A stretch of 64,000 nucleotides of DNA from Promethearchaeota archaeon (GCA_016839555.1 JAEOUA010000010.1:440142-504141), one strand, 5' to 3'. Shown: positions 40,991-51,988, counted from the stretch's first letter. Numbers and translations are program-made. The notes: generated by a model from the sequence alone, not told the origin.

Positions 40991-43900
40991 TTAATTGCAT
41001 ATATTTACTTCAGAAATCGCTATTAATTCCATAGAAAAGTTCTGTAAATTTCTTTTTTGCATATCATTTTTAAGATCAATATAATGAAATTCTATATCAT
41101 CAAGCTTTTTTTGATTTGATTTAATATCATTTTTAAGAAATTGTATATCATCTTTTAATTTTTTTACCGTTTTCATTTTTCTTTCTTTTTTATCTTTATC
41201 TAATAAGTTATTAATATTGATCATCGATTTCTCTGAAGGGAATTTATTTTTTTTACTAACTAGTTTCTTTTCTAAGGATTTTAATTTTTGAGAAAATAAT
41301 TTTTTTCTATATTCATATAATTTTTTCTTCTTATTTCTTTCTTTTTGGAATATTTTCTCATTTAATTTAATAATTTCTCTTTTCCACTGAGAATATCTGG
41401 AATGAATTAAATTTCTAGCGTTTCTAATTAAATCTTTGATAAAAGATGGTTTAATAACGTTAATGGATTCATTTTTAACTTGATCTTGATAAAAATTATT
41501 GAAATTATTAAACCCCAATAAAAATTCAGCGAGTTTGTCTATTTTATTTCCTTTCTCATCCACTAATAGTGAAATTATTTTTTCTTCTACAATAAATCCG
41601 TGAAATGTGAGTTTAAAAACAATTAAGAAAAAATGATTAAGATCTTTAATTTCCTTTTGATATTTTTTTGGGATAGAAGATTTATTTATATTTAAGATGG
41701 AAAAATTTACAAGACCTTCATCTCTTAAACAAAATTTTATTATTTCATTAATTAAAGGATGGCCTAAAGCAAAAAAATCAATGTCCTCTCTAATTTTAGC
41801 CACCTTTAAATTAAATGTGCCTAAATATTGTTTTTCTAGGGATTGATTTAACTGATTTAATAATTCTTCAAAAATTTCTATTTTTATTAATGAAGATTCT
41901 ACTAGATTATCATCATTTTCATCTGAGTTTTTGATTTTGCTAAATTTTCCATACGTTTTATTAAGATCAAAAAATCGTGAAATAAAGATATACAGTAAAT
42001 CATTTGTCAATATTTCTTGATTATGAGAGCTATATTTTATTAATTCATCCATTTGGAATGATTTTTTATCAATCAATAAATCCTCCAATTTTAATTGCAT
42101 CTCTTTTACCTTTTTTACTCTTTTTTCTAAATCTCTGTTAAATTTAGAGATTTGCTGATGTTTATTTTTATCTATAGAAAAGACTAATTTTTTAATATCA
42201 TCCTCTATTTTTCCTAAAATCGGCTCTAAGTGGCCTATTGATTGTTTAAATAGATTTATTCGCTTATTTAAGGCAAAAATTATATCTGTTTCTATCGTAT
42301 CCTCCATGAATAAATTATAAATATATATTTTCTCTGATCTCTGTCCGATGCGGTCTAATCGTCCAATTCTCTGTTCAAGTTTCATTGGATTCCACGGAAG
42401 ATCATAATTTATAAGAATTCTACAGAACTGAAAGTTTCTCCCTTCTCCGCCGATTTCCGTTGATAATAAAATTGAAAATCTTTTGTTTTTTCTGAATCGT
42501 TTGACAGAATCTGCTTTTTGTTCTTTAGTTAGACCTCCGTAAAAAATCTCAATGGAAAAATTTAGATCTTCTTCCTCTAGAATTGTTTTTAGAAAAAAAA
42601 GAGTATCAACGAATTGAGTAAATATGAGTATTTTTTCTTGTGGATTGTTTTGATAAATCTTTTGTAAAAGTTCTAATAGCTTTTCGGATTTGGAATCATA
42701 AGGAATAGCTTTTAATTTATTATAGAATTCTCTTAGAATTTTTTCTTGGTTTTCAACATTTAAGATGTTGTTATTCATAAGATCAATTTTTACATCAGCA
42801 TCATCGATTGTGCTCGTATCCATTTCAGATTCATAATAATCTGGGTCTTCCATTTTCAATTTTTTTAGTGTTAATAACCTTTTTTCAAGACTTCTTAGGA
42901 AGGCATATTTTGAGCTAGTAAGTAGTTTTTGAAGAGTAGTAATAACAAATCCAAGACCAAGATTTTTATTTGTAGCATTTCCAGCCAAATTATATATTTT
43001 TGCTAAATATAACTGGATTTCATTATGAATATTGAGTTCTTCTTCTTTTGGATTAACCAAGATTGTTTTAACTACTCGCTCATTTATATATTCATCAGAT
43101 ATGACATTTCTTTTTTGATTTCTAATTAAGAATTTTGAGAGCGTATGGTCTTTTTCTAATGCTTTTAGTATTTCTGTCTTTTTGGACAATTTTTTAAGCT
43201 CAGTAATAATTTCATTAAAAGATTTGTTATTATTTATATATTTCAGATCTTTGAGCAATTTTATGGTATTTTTGACTTCAAATGTATTTAATTCATTGAG
43301 TTGAGTAATATTTCTGACAAGTAAATTGATGAATGGAATATTTTTACGAAAATGCTCAAAATCACTAAAATTATTAAATGCTTCAGGATGTACTAGTTCA
43401 ATTAGAGAATAAAGCTCGAATGGATGTAATTGGAGAGGTGTTGCTGTTAATAGTAATAGACTTTCCGTATTTTGACTTAAATTTCTTGCTAATTGAAAAT
43501 TAAGCGTCTCTCTATAATTACCCGTAGATTTATTTAACAAATACCTCCGAAGATGATGTGCCTCATCAAAAACCACAATATCCCATGAAATCTGGGATAA
43601 TAAATTAATATATTTAGGATTGCGGGCAAATTGGAGTGAACATATAATTAAATTATCATAATAAAAGGGATTGTGCAATATATTTAGATGCTCATAATGA
43701 CCTTTTTTCTTCAATTTTTTTAGTTTTAATCCATCATAATAAATAAATTTAATATGAAACTTATTTTCCATCTCAAACTTCCATTGTTTCACAAGAGATG
43801 CAGGAACGATAAGGAGTATTCTTTCAGCTATGTTTCTTGCCATCATTTCCTTTATATATATTCCTGCCTCAATTGTTTTTCCTAAACCTACTTCATCTGC

Positions 43901-44572
43901 TAATATCATTCTTGGAAAATAATCTTCAGATAATCTATGGGCGACATTAATCTGATGAGGCATAAAGGAAAGTCTAGAATTTGTTACACACTTTACTTGG
44001 TGTGAAGTGTAATAAGAATTAAATTGGTATGCCCAATATTTAAGTAGAAAGCTTTTTGGAGGATCTATGGTTTTAATGGATATTATTTCTTCTAATGATG
44101 ATTTATTCTTTAAAATAATTTCAGATTCATTTACCTGAGTTTTAGTTCCATTGGAATATAGCACTTCATAGGAGATTTCTCCATTTTTGGAAACAAAATC
44201 AGCAGAATTAACAATTGCATAGATATTTTCATTTTTTGTAAAAACTTTTTCATTAACCTTGAAAATATAATGAATTAAATCAATTGGGTGAACAATTTTA
44301 ATGATATTTTTTCTAAATAGAACCTTATATTTAGTAATTATATAGATATCATCTTCATCAAGCGATTTGGAAGCAGGAATTTCTAGTTTTTTAATAATTC
44401 TCCCAATACCCAATTTAGGATTTAAACGATATATAACAAAATTATCAACTTGAAATTCTTTTCCTTTACAGTAGATATTAAAACATTTTGAAAATCGAGA
44501 GCTCAACTCATTAGCACAAAATGGACAAAAAAATGATTCTTTAGAAGTGATTATTTTTGTATCTTGAGGCAT
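40991..44572 (-). CDS. SNF2-family helicase, RapA/HepA-like
   Basis: PHQ, LADEVGLGKTIEAG, DEAHH, LTATP.Q, GGEGRNFQF, NYDLPWNP..LEQRIGRLDRIGQ; N-terminal Cys pairs, C-terminal coiled coil. Confidence 0.92.
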   Translation of the reverse strand: MPQDTKIITSKESFFCPFCANELSSRFSKCFNIYCKGKEFQVDNFVIYRLNPKLGIGRIIKKLEIPASKSLDEDDIYIITKYKVLFRKNIIKIVHPIDLIHYIFKVNEKVFTKNENIYAIVNSADFVSKNGEISYEVLYSNGTKTQVNESEIILKNKSSLEEIISIKTIDPPKSFLLKYWAYQFNSYYTSHQVKCVTNSRLSFMPHQINVAHRLSEDYFPRMILADEVGLGKTIEAGIYIKEMMARNIAERILLIVPASLVKQWKFEMENKFHIKFIYYDGLKLKKLKKKGHYEHLNILHNPFYYDNLIICSLQFARNPKYINLLSQISWDIVVFDEAHHLRRYLLNKSTGNYRETLNFQLARNLSQNTESLLLLTATPLQLHPFELYSLIELVHPEAFNNFSDFEHFRKNIPFINLLVRNITQLNELNTFEVKNTIKLLKDLKYINNNKSFNEIITELKKLSKKTEILKALEKDHTLSKFLIRNQKRNVISDEYINERVVKTILVNPKEEELNIHNEIQLYLAKIYNLAGNATNKNLGLGFVITTLQKLLTSSKYAFLRSLEKRLLTLKKLKMEDPDYYESEMDTSTIDDADVKIDLMNNNILNVENQEKILREFYNKLKAIPYDSKSEKLLELLQKIYQNNPQEKILIFTQFVDTLFFLKTILEEEDLNFSIEIFYGGLTKEQKADSVKRFRKNKRFSILLSTEIGGEGRNFQFCRILINYDLPWNPMKLEQRIGRLDRIGQRSEKIYIYNLFMEDTIETDIIFALNKRINLFKQSIGHLEPILGKIEDDIKKLVFSIDKNKHQQISKFNRDLEKRVKKVKEMQLKLEDLLIDKKSFQMDELIKYSSHNQEILTNDLLYIFISRFFDLNKTYGKFSKIKNSDENDDNLVESSLIKIEIFEELLNQLNQSLEKQYLGTFNLKVAKIREDIDFFALGHPLINEIIKFCLRDEGLVNFSILNINKSSIPKKYQKEIKDLNHFFLIVFKLTFHGFIVEEKIISLLVDEKGNKIDKLAEFLLGFNNFNNFYQDQVKNESINVIKPSFIKDLIRNARNLIHSRYSQWKREIIKLNEKIFQKERNKKKKLYEYRKKLFSQKLKSLEKKLVSKKNKFPSEKSMININNLLDKDKKERKMKTVKKLKDDIQFLKNDIKSNQKKLDDIEFHYIDLKNDMQKRNLQNFSMELIAISEVNICN

Positions 44573-44697
44573 CCGCAGTTATTTCTCTATATAAATTTTA
44601 AATATTTTAAATTAATTCTTATGCTCTTAAAGGAAATAATTTTTATTATGAAAAGTGATTTATGGCTTTAATTTTTTATTTAAAATAGGTGAATAAA

Positions 44698-46167
44698 TCA
44701 TTCATATTTTTCTTTTTTTTCTTTTATAACCTGAATCATCTCTTCCCTGCCGGTTTTTTTTAACCTTCTGAGATATTTATTAAGCTCCCCCCTGGTATGA
44801 GATGGACCTCCCTCCTGTATCACGGTCCACATAGGATCAATTCTCGAACTTGATGATTTCATCATATTTTTGTGCCATTGCTCAAGATATTTTATGCCTC
44901 TATTAAGCACTTCAGGATTTTTATCCGCCATATTATTTAGCATATGGTAATCGTTTTTATAATCAAAAAGCATATATTCAGGAAAATTCTTCAATCCGGT
45001 ATGATAAGTTCTGATTAAAATCCAATCATCAAATCTTACTGATCGTTGACAACTCCATGCATTTTGACTTATTATTAAAAATTTTCTTCCATATGGCTCA
45101 TTATTTTCAATATTTGCAAAAAAGCTTTTTCCATCCCAAGATTTTGGCACGCTAGCTCCTATTCCTTCTGTTATTGTGGCAGCCATATCATTTGTATACA
45201 CTAAGTTGTTATATTCATTTTTCCAAGTTTTACCTGGCCATTTAATAATTAAAGGTACCCGATTTGTGAAGTGATCTGCGGTGCCATGATCACCATAAAC
45301 ATTGAGTTCTCCTTGATTTTCTCCATGATCTGCACTTACTATAATTAATGTTTCATCAAACACATTAAAATTTTTTAAAATTTGTATAATTTTTCCGATA
45401 TAAAAATCAGCATATCTAATTCCCGTATCATAGCCGTCAATCCAAGACTTAAAATCATCTACAGATTTCATTTCGGTTATTTTTATTCGTGGAAATGCTC
45501 TCTTAATCCTTTTATTTGATTTAAATCCATGAATTTCTCTCGCGGAATGGGGCCCATAACTCTTTCTATGTTCATTAATTATATCTTCAGTTAGCCATGA
45601 AGGGGGAGGATCATCTTTAAAAGGATCTCCAAACGATTCTGGGGTACGATATGGTGTATGAGGATCCCAAAAGTTAATATGAAGCATCCAGTTATCCTCT
45701 TTAGCATGTTTATTTAACCATTTTTCTGCATAAAAATAAATATCATCGGCGATTTCGTGTCCTTGTTTTCCTGGATTATACATTTCATTCCATCCCGCAT
45801 AAAACCAATATGCTGAATGCCGTTCTGCATATGGCGAAATTGAAACCGTGTAATACCCTGCCTGCCTTAGTTTAAATATCCAAAATTCACTCATTATGCG
45901 CTGGTCAATAAATCCTCTTTCCTTTCCCATGATCCTTAAATCAGCTGCTGTACCGCCGTGTCCAACAATTCCTGTATGTATGCCAAATTTTCCAGTGAAT
46001 AATGAGGCCCGAGAAGGGAGGCAAGGAGCATCAGAAGCATAGGCTTCTTTGAAGATAGTTCCATTTTGTGCAACCTCATCTATTTTTGGGCTTGTTTTAC
46101 GATGATATCCATAACAACCTAAATGATCTGCTCTGAGTGTATCAATATCAATATACAGTATTCTCAT
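44698..46167 (-). CDS. Formylglycine-type (Cys) sulfatase
   Basis: IDTLRADHL, CLPSRASLFTG, WDPHTPY, SADHGE, DHG. Confidence 0.93.
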   Translation of the reverse strand: MRILYIDIDTLRADHLGCYGYHRKTSPKIDEVAQNGTIFKEAYASDAPCLPSRASLFTGKFGIHTGIVGHGGTAADLRIMGKERGFIDQRIMSEFWIFKLRQAGYYTVSISPYAERHSAYWFYAGWNEMYNPGKQGHEIADDIYFYAEKWLNKHAKEDNWMLHINFWDPHTPYRTPESFGDPFKDDPPPSWLTEDIINEHRKSYGPHSAREIHGFKSNKRIKRAFPRIKITEMKSVDDFKSWIDGYDTGIRYADFYIGKIIQILKNFNVFDETLIIVSADHGENQGELNVYGDHGTADHFTNRVPLIIKWPGKTWKNEYNNLVYTNDMAATITEGIGASVPKSWDGKSFFANIENNEPYGRKFLIISQNAWSCQRSVRFDDWILIRTYHTGLKNFPEYMLFDYKNDYHMLNNMADKNPEVLNRGIKYLEQWHKNMMKSSSSRIDPMWTVIQEGGPSHTRGELNKYLRRLKKTGREEMIQVIKEKKEKYE

Positions 46168-46288
46168 AGGTATTATTTATTCTTTTAAGTTTATATAAAT
46201 ACCAGAAATTCGCATTTAATCTTATGATTGAAAATAAGCAAAAGTTTAATTTTATAAAAAAAGTGGTTAAATGAATCTATCTATTATT

Positions 46289-46948
46289 TTATTCTAATTC
46301 TGAAAGCAATGCCATAATCTGTTCACAAACAAAATTATAGGCCTTTATAGAACTCACATTGTATAGTTCAATAGATTCAATAATTTCGGTATTATTATAG
46401 AAATCATATGAAGTCTTTAATTCAGGATAATCTGTCTTTAAATAATTTATAATTTTTTCAGAAATTAATTGCTTAAATAATTCAGAAGTTCTTTGGATAT
46501 TTAATTTATTCGGATTTACAAAAGTAATAAGTATTCTATTAAAATCCAAGAAATTTATGATGGATAACAGTTTATTGTCTTTAGAATAAAATTTTCTCTC
46601 AATTTTAGAAGTAATTACTGTTTCTTTGATTTCAGTAAGAAGATCTAAAATACTTGAAGTGATTAAATTATAATCTTCAATTGATTTGAGATTTTCGATA
46701 TCCATTGACTCTATGATGTCTGTCTCATTGTAAAAATAATATTTTACCTTCATATTTATATTCTGTTTTTCAAGAATATGAATTGTTTTCTGGAGAAAAA
46801 TTGAGACAAACTTTTCAGAGTCTTTTGTGATTTGGAGAAGTTCTGGATTAGGGAAATAAATTCTGACATTTAAAAATTCGATATAACTTACAATACACAG
46901 CAGCTCATTATCTATGCTGTAAAATTTTCTTTTTATTTCCGAAGATAT
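46289..46948 (-). CDS. Hypothetical protein made of two tandem ~108-aa repeats (probable AUA start)
   Basis: Frame open 65 codons upstream of track ATG; ISSEIKRKFYSIDNELL.. aligns with ITSKIERKFYSKDNKLL.. Confidence 0.7.
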   Translation of the reverse strand: MSSEIKRKFYSIDNELLCIVSYIEFLNVRIYFPNPELLQITKDSEKFVSIFLQKTIHILEKQNINMKVKYYFYNETDIIESMDIENLKSIEDYNLITSSILDLLTEIKETVITSKIERKFYSKDNKLLSIINFLDFNRILITFVNPNKLNIQRTSELFKQLISEKIINYLKTDYPELKTSYDFYNNTEIIESIELYNVSSIKAYNFVCEQIMALLSELE

Positions 46949-47257
46949 GACTCATCACATCTTTTTCTTTTATTTTTATAATGGATGTAAATATAAATGA
47001 TATGCAAAAAAAAAATAATGATTATAAGATTTGCTAAAATACCTATTCTTAGTAAAATAAAACCAATATCATTATATAAGAATTATTATTTTTAATCTTG
47101 TATCTTATTGTTTTATAATTAAATTTGATTCACTCTAATTCAATTAAACAATTGAAAAATAATAGTTATATTAAAAATTTAAAAACTATTTTTTATAATA
47201 AGATTGAGACTTTTTAGCAGTATTCATGCTTTTAGAAAAAACCAACTTTTATAAGCT

Positions 47258-50200
47258 ATGGCTGAATTAGAAAGCAGTGTATTGGTTATCGGTGGGGGAA
47301 TAGCTGGGATTCAAACATCATTAGATTTAACCGAATTAGGATTTAAAGTCTATTTAGTTGAGAAAGCACCTACTATTGGAGGGACAATGGCTCAATTAGA
47401 TAAAACATTCCCCACTTTAGATTGTTCTCTATGCATTTTAGCCCCAAAAATGGTTGAAGTATTTCGAAATCCTAATATTGAGCTACTTACCTATTCTTAT
47501 GTGAAAGAGATTAAAGGAACTGCTGGTAATTATACAATCAAAATGATAAAAAAGCCAAGATACATAAATGAAGACCTTTGTAAAGGATGCGGAGATTGTG
47601 CCTCTATCTGTCCAGTAAAAGGTATTCCCAGTGATTTTGATGCTCATTTAAGTACTCATGGAGCGGCGCATATTTCTTTCCCATCATCCGTACCGCCTGT
47701 TTATCTTATCGATGAAAATAAATGCTTATATTTGAATCATGGAATTTGTAAATTATGTTCTAAGAATTGTGAAGTGAATGCTATTGATTTTACTCAAAAA
47801 CCTAAAGAAATAATCATCAAAGTGGGCGCGATTGTAATAGCGACAGGATATGAGCAAAAATATCCTGAATTTTATTCGAGATTAGCTGGATCACATCCAA
47901 ACGTATTATCAAGCCTTCAATTTGAAAGATTATTATCAGCAAATGGTCCTACTGGTGGAGAATTAATCAGATTAGACGATAGAACTCACCCCCATAAAAT
48001 CGCATTTTTACAATGTATAGGATCTCGAGATTTCCATCATCCAGAATGCAAAAAATACTGTTCTGCTATCTGTTGTATGTCTTCTGCCAAGCAAGCAATT
48101 GTGGCTAAAGAACATTCTCCAGAATTGGAATGTTATATTTTTAATACCGAAATAAGAGCAAAGGGTAAAAATTTTTACGAATTTATCGTTAAGAGTGAGG
48201 AAGAATATGGAGTTAAATATATTAACGGGAAAGTTTCAATTGTTAAAGTTAATCAAGAAAATGGAAACTTAATTTTATGTTATGAGGATATTAATAGAAA
48301 TATTGTTGAAGAAGAACAATTTGATTTAGTTGTTCTTGCAAGTGCCTTATTTCCTAATCAATCCTACTATGAATTATTAGAGGATATAGATGTTTATTAT
48401 AATGAATTTGGATTTATTAATGAAGATGGATTAAAGAAATGTGAAGAACACAACATATTTTTCACCGGTTATTCTAGAAAACCAAAAGATATACCCGTAG
48501 CTGTTGCTGAAGGATCTGCATGTGCGGCGAAGATTAGTGAAAAATTATATCCTGTGCGATTTGAAAAAATTGAAGAAATTTCTTATCCTCCAGAAATTCC
48601 TGTTAATCCAGAAGATGAACCAAGAGTAGGGGTATTAGTATGTCAATGTGGAATAAATATAGGTGGTATTGTAGATACCACTGCTGTGGTCGATTATGTT
48701 TCTAAATTACCATATGTAGCTCATGCTGAAGAAAATATGTATTCTTGTAGCTCTGATTCTCAAGAAAGAATTAAAGAGATGATTAAAGAATATAATTTAA
48801 ATCGATTTATTGTAGCCTCTTGTACACCGAGGACTCATGAACCCCTTTTTAGAAATACTTTAAGAGAGGCGGGCTTAAATCCCTTTTTATTTGAGTTAGT
48901 AAATATTAGGGATCAAGATTCTTGGGTTCATCAAAAAGAACCAGAAAAAGCAACTAAAAAAGCTTGCGACTTAATACGAATGTATTTAGCGAAAGTAGTC
49001 AATTTAGCTCCTCAGCAAAAAATTAAAGTCAAAGTAGAGAAATCAACTTTAATTATTGGTGGAGGCATTGCGGGAATTGTTGCAGCTCATAATCTTGCTA
49101 ACCAAGGCTTTGAAGTATATTTAGTAGAAATGAAATCTATTTTGGGAGGAAATTCACTTGAATTTATTGATTTGTATGATTTGCCGATTCATAAGCAAGA
49201 TATATTAAAATATATCAATGATTTAAAAACTAAAGAAAATATGCATATTCTAACAGAATCGAAAATTATAGATATCAATGGATATGTAGGAAACTATAAA
49301 ATTAAAATAGAACACTTTAATAATGATTCTAAATTCGAAGAATTTACTGTTGGAACAATAATAGTGGCTACTGGAACAAATCAATCAGATACAGATCGCT
49401 GGAATGATATACTTCACAAATATTCTAAAAAAGTTTTCACCCAACATGAACTTGAAAGAATTAAAGATACAGAAGTTCCGGGATTTAATGATGCAACAAT
49501 TATTTTGTGTGTAGATCAAAGGAAAAATTCAAATAATACTGGAGAAAAAATAAAAACATATTGTAGTAATATATGCTGTAAAGTGGCACTCAAGAATATC
49601 GAAAAATTATTGAATATAAATCCCGATGCTCATATTCACGTTTTATATCGGGAATTACAATTTTCAGATTTAAATGCAGAAAAGTTATGGCGAGATTTGC
49701 GAAAAGATGTTATGTTTGAGAGATACAGTTCAATTGACAACATAAAAATAACTGATTCTAAAGGACATTTTCATATTAAATATAATAATGTGGGGGCTGA
49801 ATGTGAAATTGAATATGATTCAGATCTCTTAATATTAGCTACTCCTGAAATTCCAAGCAAAGGAACTGCTGAATTAGCAAAGATGTTAAAAGTGCCTTTA
49901 ACAAAAGATGGTTTCTTTTTAGAAGCTCATGTCAAGCTAAGACCCTTGGATTTTGCTACCGATGGAATATTTTTATGTGGGGGAGCGCATTGGCCAAAAT
50001 GGATTGATGAATCAATTACACAAGCCTATGGGGCTGCGGGAAGAGCTGCAACTCTCATGGTAAAGGGAGAAGTTGAAACTGAGGGGATCACATCCTATGT
50101 ATATGAAGAAAAATGCATTGGTTGCGGGGTCTGTGCTGAAATATGTCCTTATAATGCTATTGAAATAAAAGAAATACATAAAAATTTCGGATTATATAAT

Positions 50201-50362
50201 ATCACTGAAAAGAAAGCATATATAATCAATGCTTTATGTAAAGGCTGTGGTGCTTGTGCCGCAGAATGTCCGTTAGGTGCTATTAATCAAAAACACTTTA
50301 CAAAATATCAAATTAAAAAACAAATTGAACTCCTTACTGGAATTGATATAGAATCTTCTTAA
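47258..50362 (+). CDS. hdrA: Heterodisulfide reductase subunit A-like flavoprotein with two FAD modules and ferredoxin domains
   Basis: GGGIAG twice, LDKTFPTLDCSLCIL, QCIGSRD, YCSAICC, CQCG.NIGG, ASCTPRTHEPLF, FLEAHVKLRP, CxxCxxCxxxCP motifs. Confidence 0.93.
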   Translation: MAELESSVLVIGGGIAGIQTSLDLTELGFKVYLVEKAPTIGGTMAQLDKTFPTLDCSLCILAPKMVEVFRNPNIELLTYSYVKEIKGTAGNYTIKMIKKPRYINEDLCKGCGDCASICPVKGIPSDFDAHLSTHGAAHISFPSSVPPVYLIDENKCLYLNHGICKLCSKNCEVNAIDFTQKPKEIIIKVGAIVIATGYEQKYPEFYSRLAGSHPNVLSSLQFERLLSANGPTGGELIRLDDRTHPHKIAFLQCIGSRDFHHPECKKYCSAICCMSSAKQAIVAKEHSPELECYIFNTEIRAKGKNFYEFIVKSEEEYGVKYINGKVSIVKVNQENGNLILCYEDINRNIVEEEQFDLVVLASALFPNQSYYELLEDIDVYYNEFGFINEDGLKKCEEHNIFFTGYSRKPKDIPVAVAEGSACAAKISEKLYPVRFEKIEEISYPPEIPVNPEDEPRVGVLVCQCGINIGGIVDTTAVVDYVSKLPYVAHAEENMYSCSSDSQERIKEMIKEYNLNRFIVASCTPRTHEPLFRNTLREAGLNPFLFELVNIRDQDSWVHQKEPEKATKKACDLIRMYLAKVVNLAPQQKIKVKVEKSTLIIGGGIAGIVAAHNLANQGFEVYLVEMKSILGGNSLEFIDLYDLPIHKQDILKYINDLKTKENMHILTESKIIDINGYVGNYKIKIEHFNNDSKFEEFTVGTIIVATGTNQSDTDRWNDILHKYSKKVFTQHELERIKDTEVPGFNDATIILCVDQRKNSNNTGEKIKTYCSNICCKVALKNIEKLLNINPDAHIHVLYRELQFSDLNAEKLWRDLRKDVMFERYSSIDNIKITDSKGHFHIKYNNVGAECEIEYDSDLLILATPEIPSKGTAELAKMLKVPLTKDGFFLEAHVKLRPLDFATDGIFLCGGAHWPKWIDESITQAYGAAGRAATLMVKGEVETEGITSYVYEEKCIGCGVCAEICPYNAIEIKEIHKNFGLYNITEKKAYIINALCKGCGACAAECPLGAINQKHFTKYQIKKQIELLTGIDIESS

Positions 50363-50375
50363 TTATTTTGTTTAT

Positions 50376-50861
50376 GTGAAAAAAATGAAAAATATTCAAA
50401 TAGAAGGAACAAAAGAACAAAAGCGAAATTTTGAGCCGGAAATTCTGGTGTTTTGTTGCAACTGGTGTTCTTATGCGGGAGCAGATTTAGCGGGTGTTTC
50501 TCGATTTCAATATCCTCCGAATATACGCATAATTAGAGTAATGTGTTCGGGAAGAGTAGAACCTGTTTTTATTTTAGATGCATTTCAAAAAGGCATAGAT
50601 GGAGTGCTTATAACGGGATGTCATATTGGTGATTGTCATTATATCAGTGGTAATGAAAGAACCCAAGAACGAATGGAACATATGAAACCATTATTAAAAA
50701 ATATAGGAATAAATGAGAAACGATTTGAACTACATTGGATTTCTGCTAGTGAAGGAAAACAGTTTGCTGAGTTAATAAGAGACTTTACAGAAAAAATTAA
50801 ACAAATAGGACCATCTCCCTTACCTAAAAAGTTAGGAAAAATTGAAATTAGAAATGAATAG
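50376..50861 (+). CDS. mvhD: Hydrogenase iron-sulfur subunit MvhD
   Basis: FCCNWCSYAGADLAG, RVMCSGRV, GCHIGDCHY, WISASEG. Confidence 0.95.
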   Translation: MKKMKNIQIEGTKEQKRNFEPEILVFCCNWCSYAGADLAGVSRFQYPPNIRIIRVMCSGRVEPVFILDAFQKGIDGVLITGCHIGDCHYISGNERTQERMEHMKPLLKNIGINEKRFELHWISASEGKQFAELIRDFTEKIKQIGPSPLPKKLGKIEIRNE

Positions 50862-50878
50862 AGTAGAGATGAAAAAAT

Positions 50879-51988
50879 ATGACTGAATCATTATTGAAAG
50901 ATGAAGAAGAAAAGATTAAAACATTTAAAGATCTGAAAACAGATATAATTGATAATGATTTATGCTGTAGTTGCGGAGCATGTGTTAGCTATTGCGAGAG
51001 TCAAAGTTTCGATGTATTGAAAATGGAAGAAAATTCGCCTCGCTTCAAATCTAAAGCCAATCAAGATAATTGTACTGAGTGTGGAGTATGTTATTTTATC
51101 TGTCCTCAAACAACCCCTCTAATAGAATTAATGAACCAAAAATATAGTATAAAGGATAAATTGGGTCCTATTAGAGATCTTTTGGCAGGAAAAACAACGA
51201 GAGAAAAAATTAAAGAAATTGGGCAGGATGGAGGTATAGTAACTACTATATTATTATATCTTTTCGAAACTCATCAAATTGATGCCGCCGTAGTTTCCGA
51301 ATATGATAAGAAATTACAGCCTCGACCAAAATTGATTTATAATAAAGAGGATCTAAAAAAATCCGCTGGCACCAGATATTCTGTCTCTTCTCAGCTTTTT
51401 CCATTAAAAGATTTATACAATATACCCTCTCAAATTATAGATGAAAAAAGAATATATAATATAGATCAACTACGTATTGCTTTTGTAGGAACGCCGTGCC
51501 AAATAAGAGCTTTGAGGAAAATGAAATTTTTAAGCATAAAGCCAGCACATGTGGTTAAATATAGTATTAGTTTATTTTGTTTTGAAAATTTTTATTATGA
51601 TAAATTATATGATATCTTGAAGGAAGAAAAAGGAATAAGTCCTTCAGAAATTAAAAAGGCAACTATTAAAGGTCGATTTATTATTGAAACTCGTTCAAAT
51701 GAAACATTAGATGTGGAGCTTAAGACCTTAGATAATGCCGTAAGACCTAATTGTAAAATATGTGATGATTTTACGGGCAGATTTTCTGATATTAGTGTGG
51801 GTTCTAGCGGAGCACCAAAGGGATATTCAATAATAATATCACGAACACAGATAGGTGAAGAATTAATAAAAAAGATGCTCTCTCAAAATTATATTATAGC
51901 ATATATACCTTCCGAAGAGGGCTTAGAATGGAAAGAAAAAAAGAAAAAGCTATTTAAAAAGATGATTTCCTCAAAAGAGAAGAAATGA
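50879..51988 (+). CDS. frhB: Coenzyme F420 hydrogenase/dehydrogenase beta subunit (FrhB-like) with N-terminal ferredoxin
   Basis: CCSCGAC, CTECGVC..ICP, GQDGG.VT, AGTRY, VGTPCQ, LFC.ENF, C..C.DF...SDISVG. Confidence 0.9.
   Translation: MTESLLKDEEEKIKTFKDLKTDIIDNDLCCSCGACVSYCESQSFDVLKMEENSPRFKSKANQDNCTECGVCYFICPQTTPLIELMNQKYSIKDKLGPIRDLLAGKTTREKIKEIGQDGGIVTTILLYLFETHQIDAAVVSEYDKKLQPRPKLIYNKEDLKKSAGTRYSVSSQLFPLKDLYNIPSQIIDEKRIYNIDQLRIAFVGTPCQIRALRKMKFLSIKPAHVVKYSISLFCFENFYYDKLYDILKEEKGISPSEIKKATIKGRFIIETRSNETLDVELKTLDNAVRPNCKICDDFTGRFSDISVGSSGAPKGYSIIISRTQIGEELIKKMLSQNYIIAYIPSEEGLEWKEKKKKLFKKMISSKEKK

Noticed and set aside
47258-50861. Selenoprotein forms of HdrA/MvhD
   Set aside because: Both ORFs are uninterrupted, with Cys at all motif positions.
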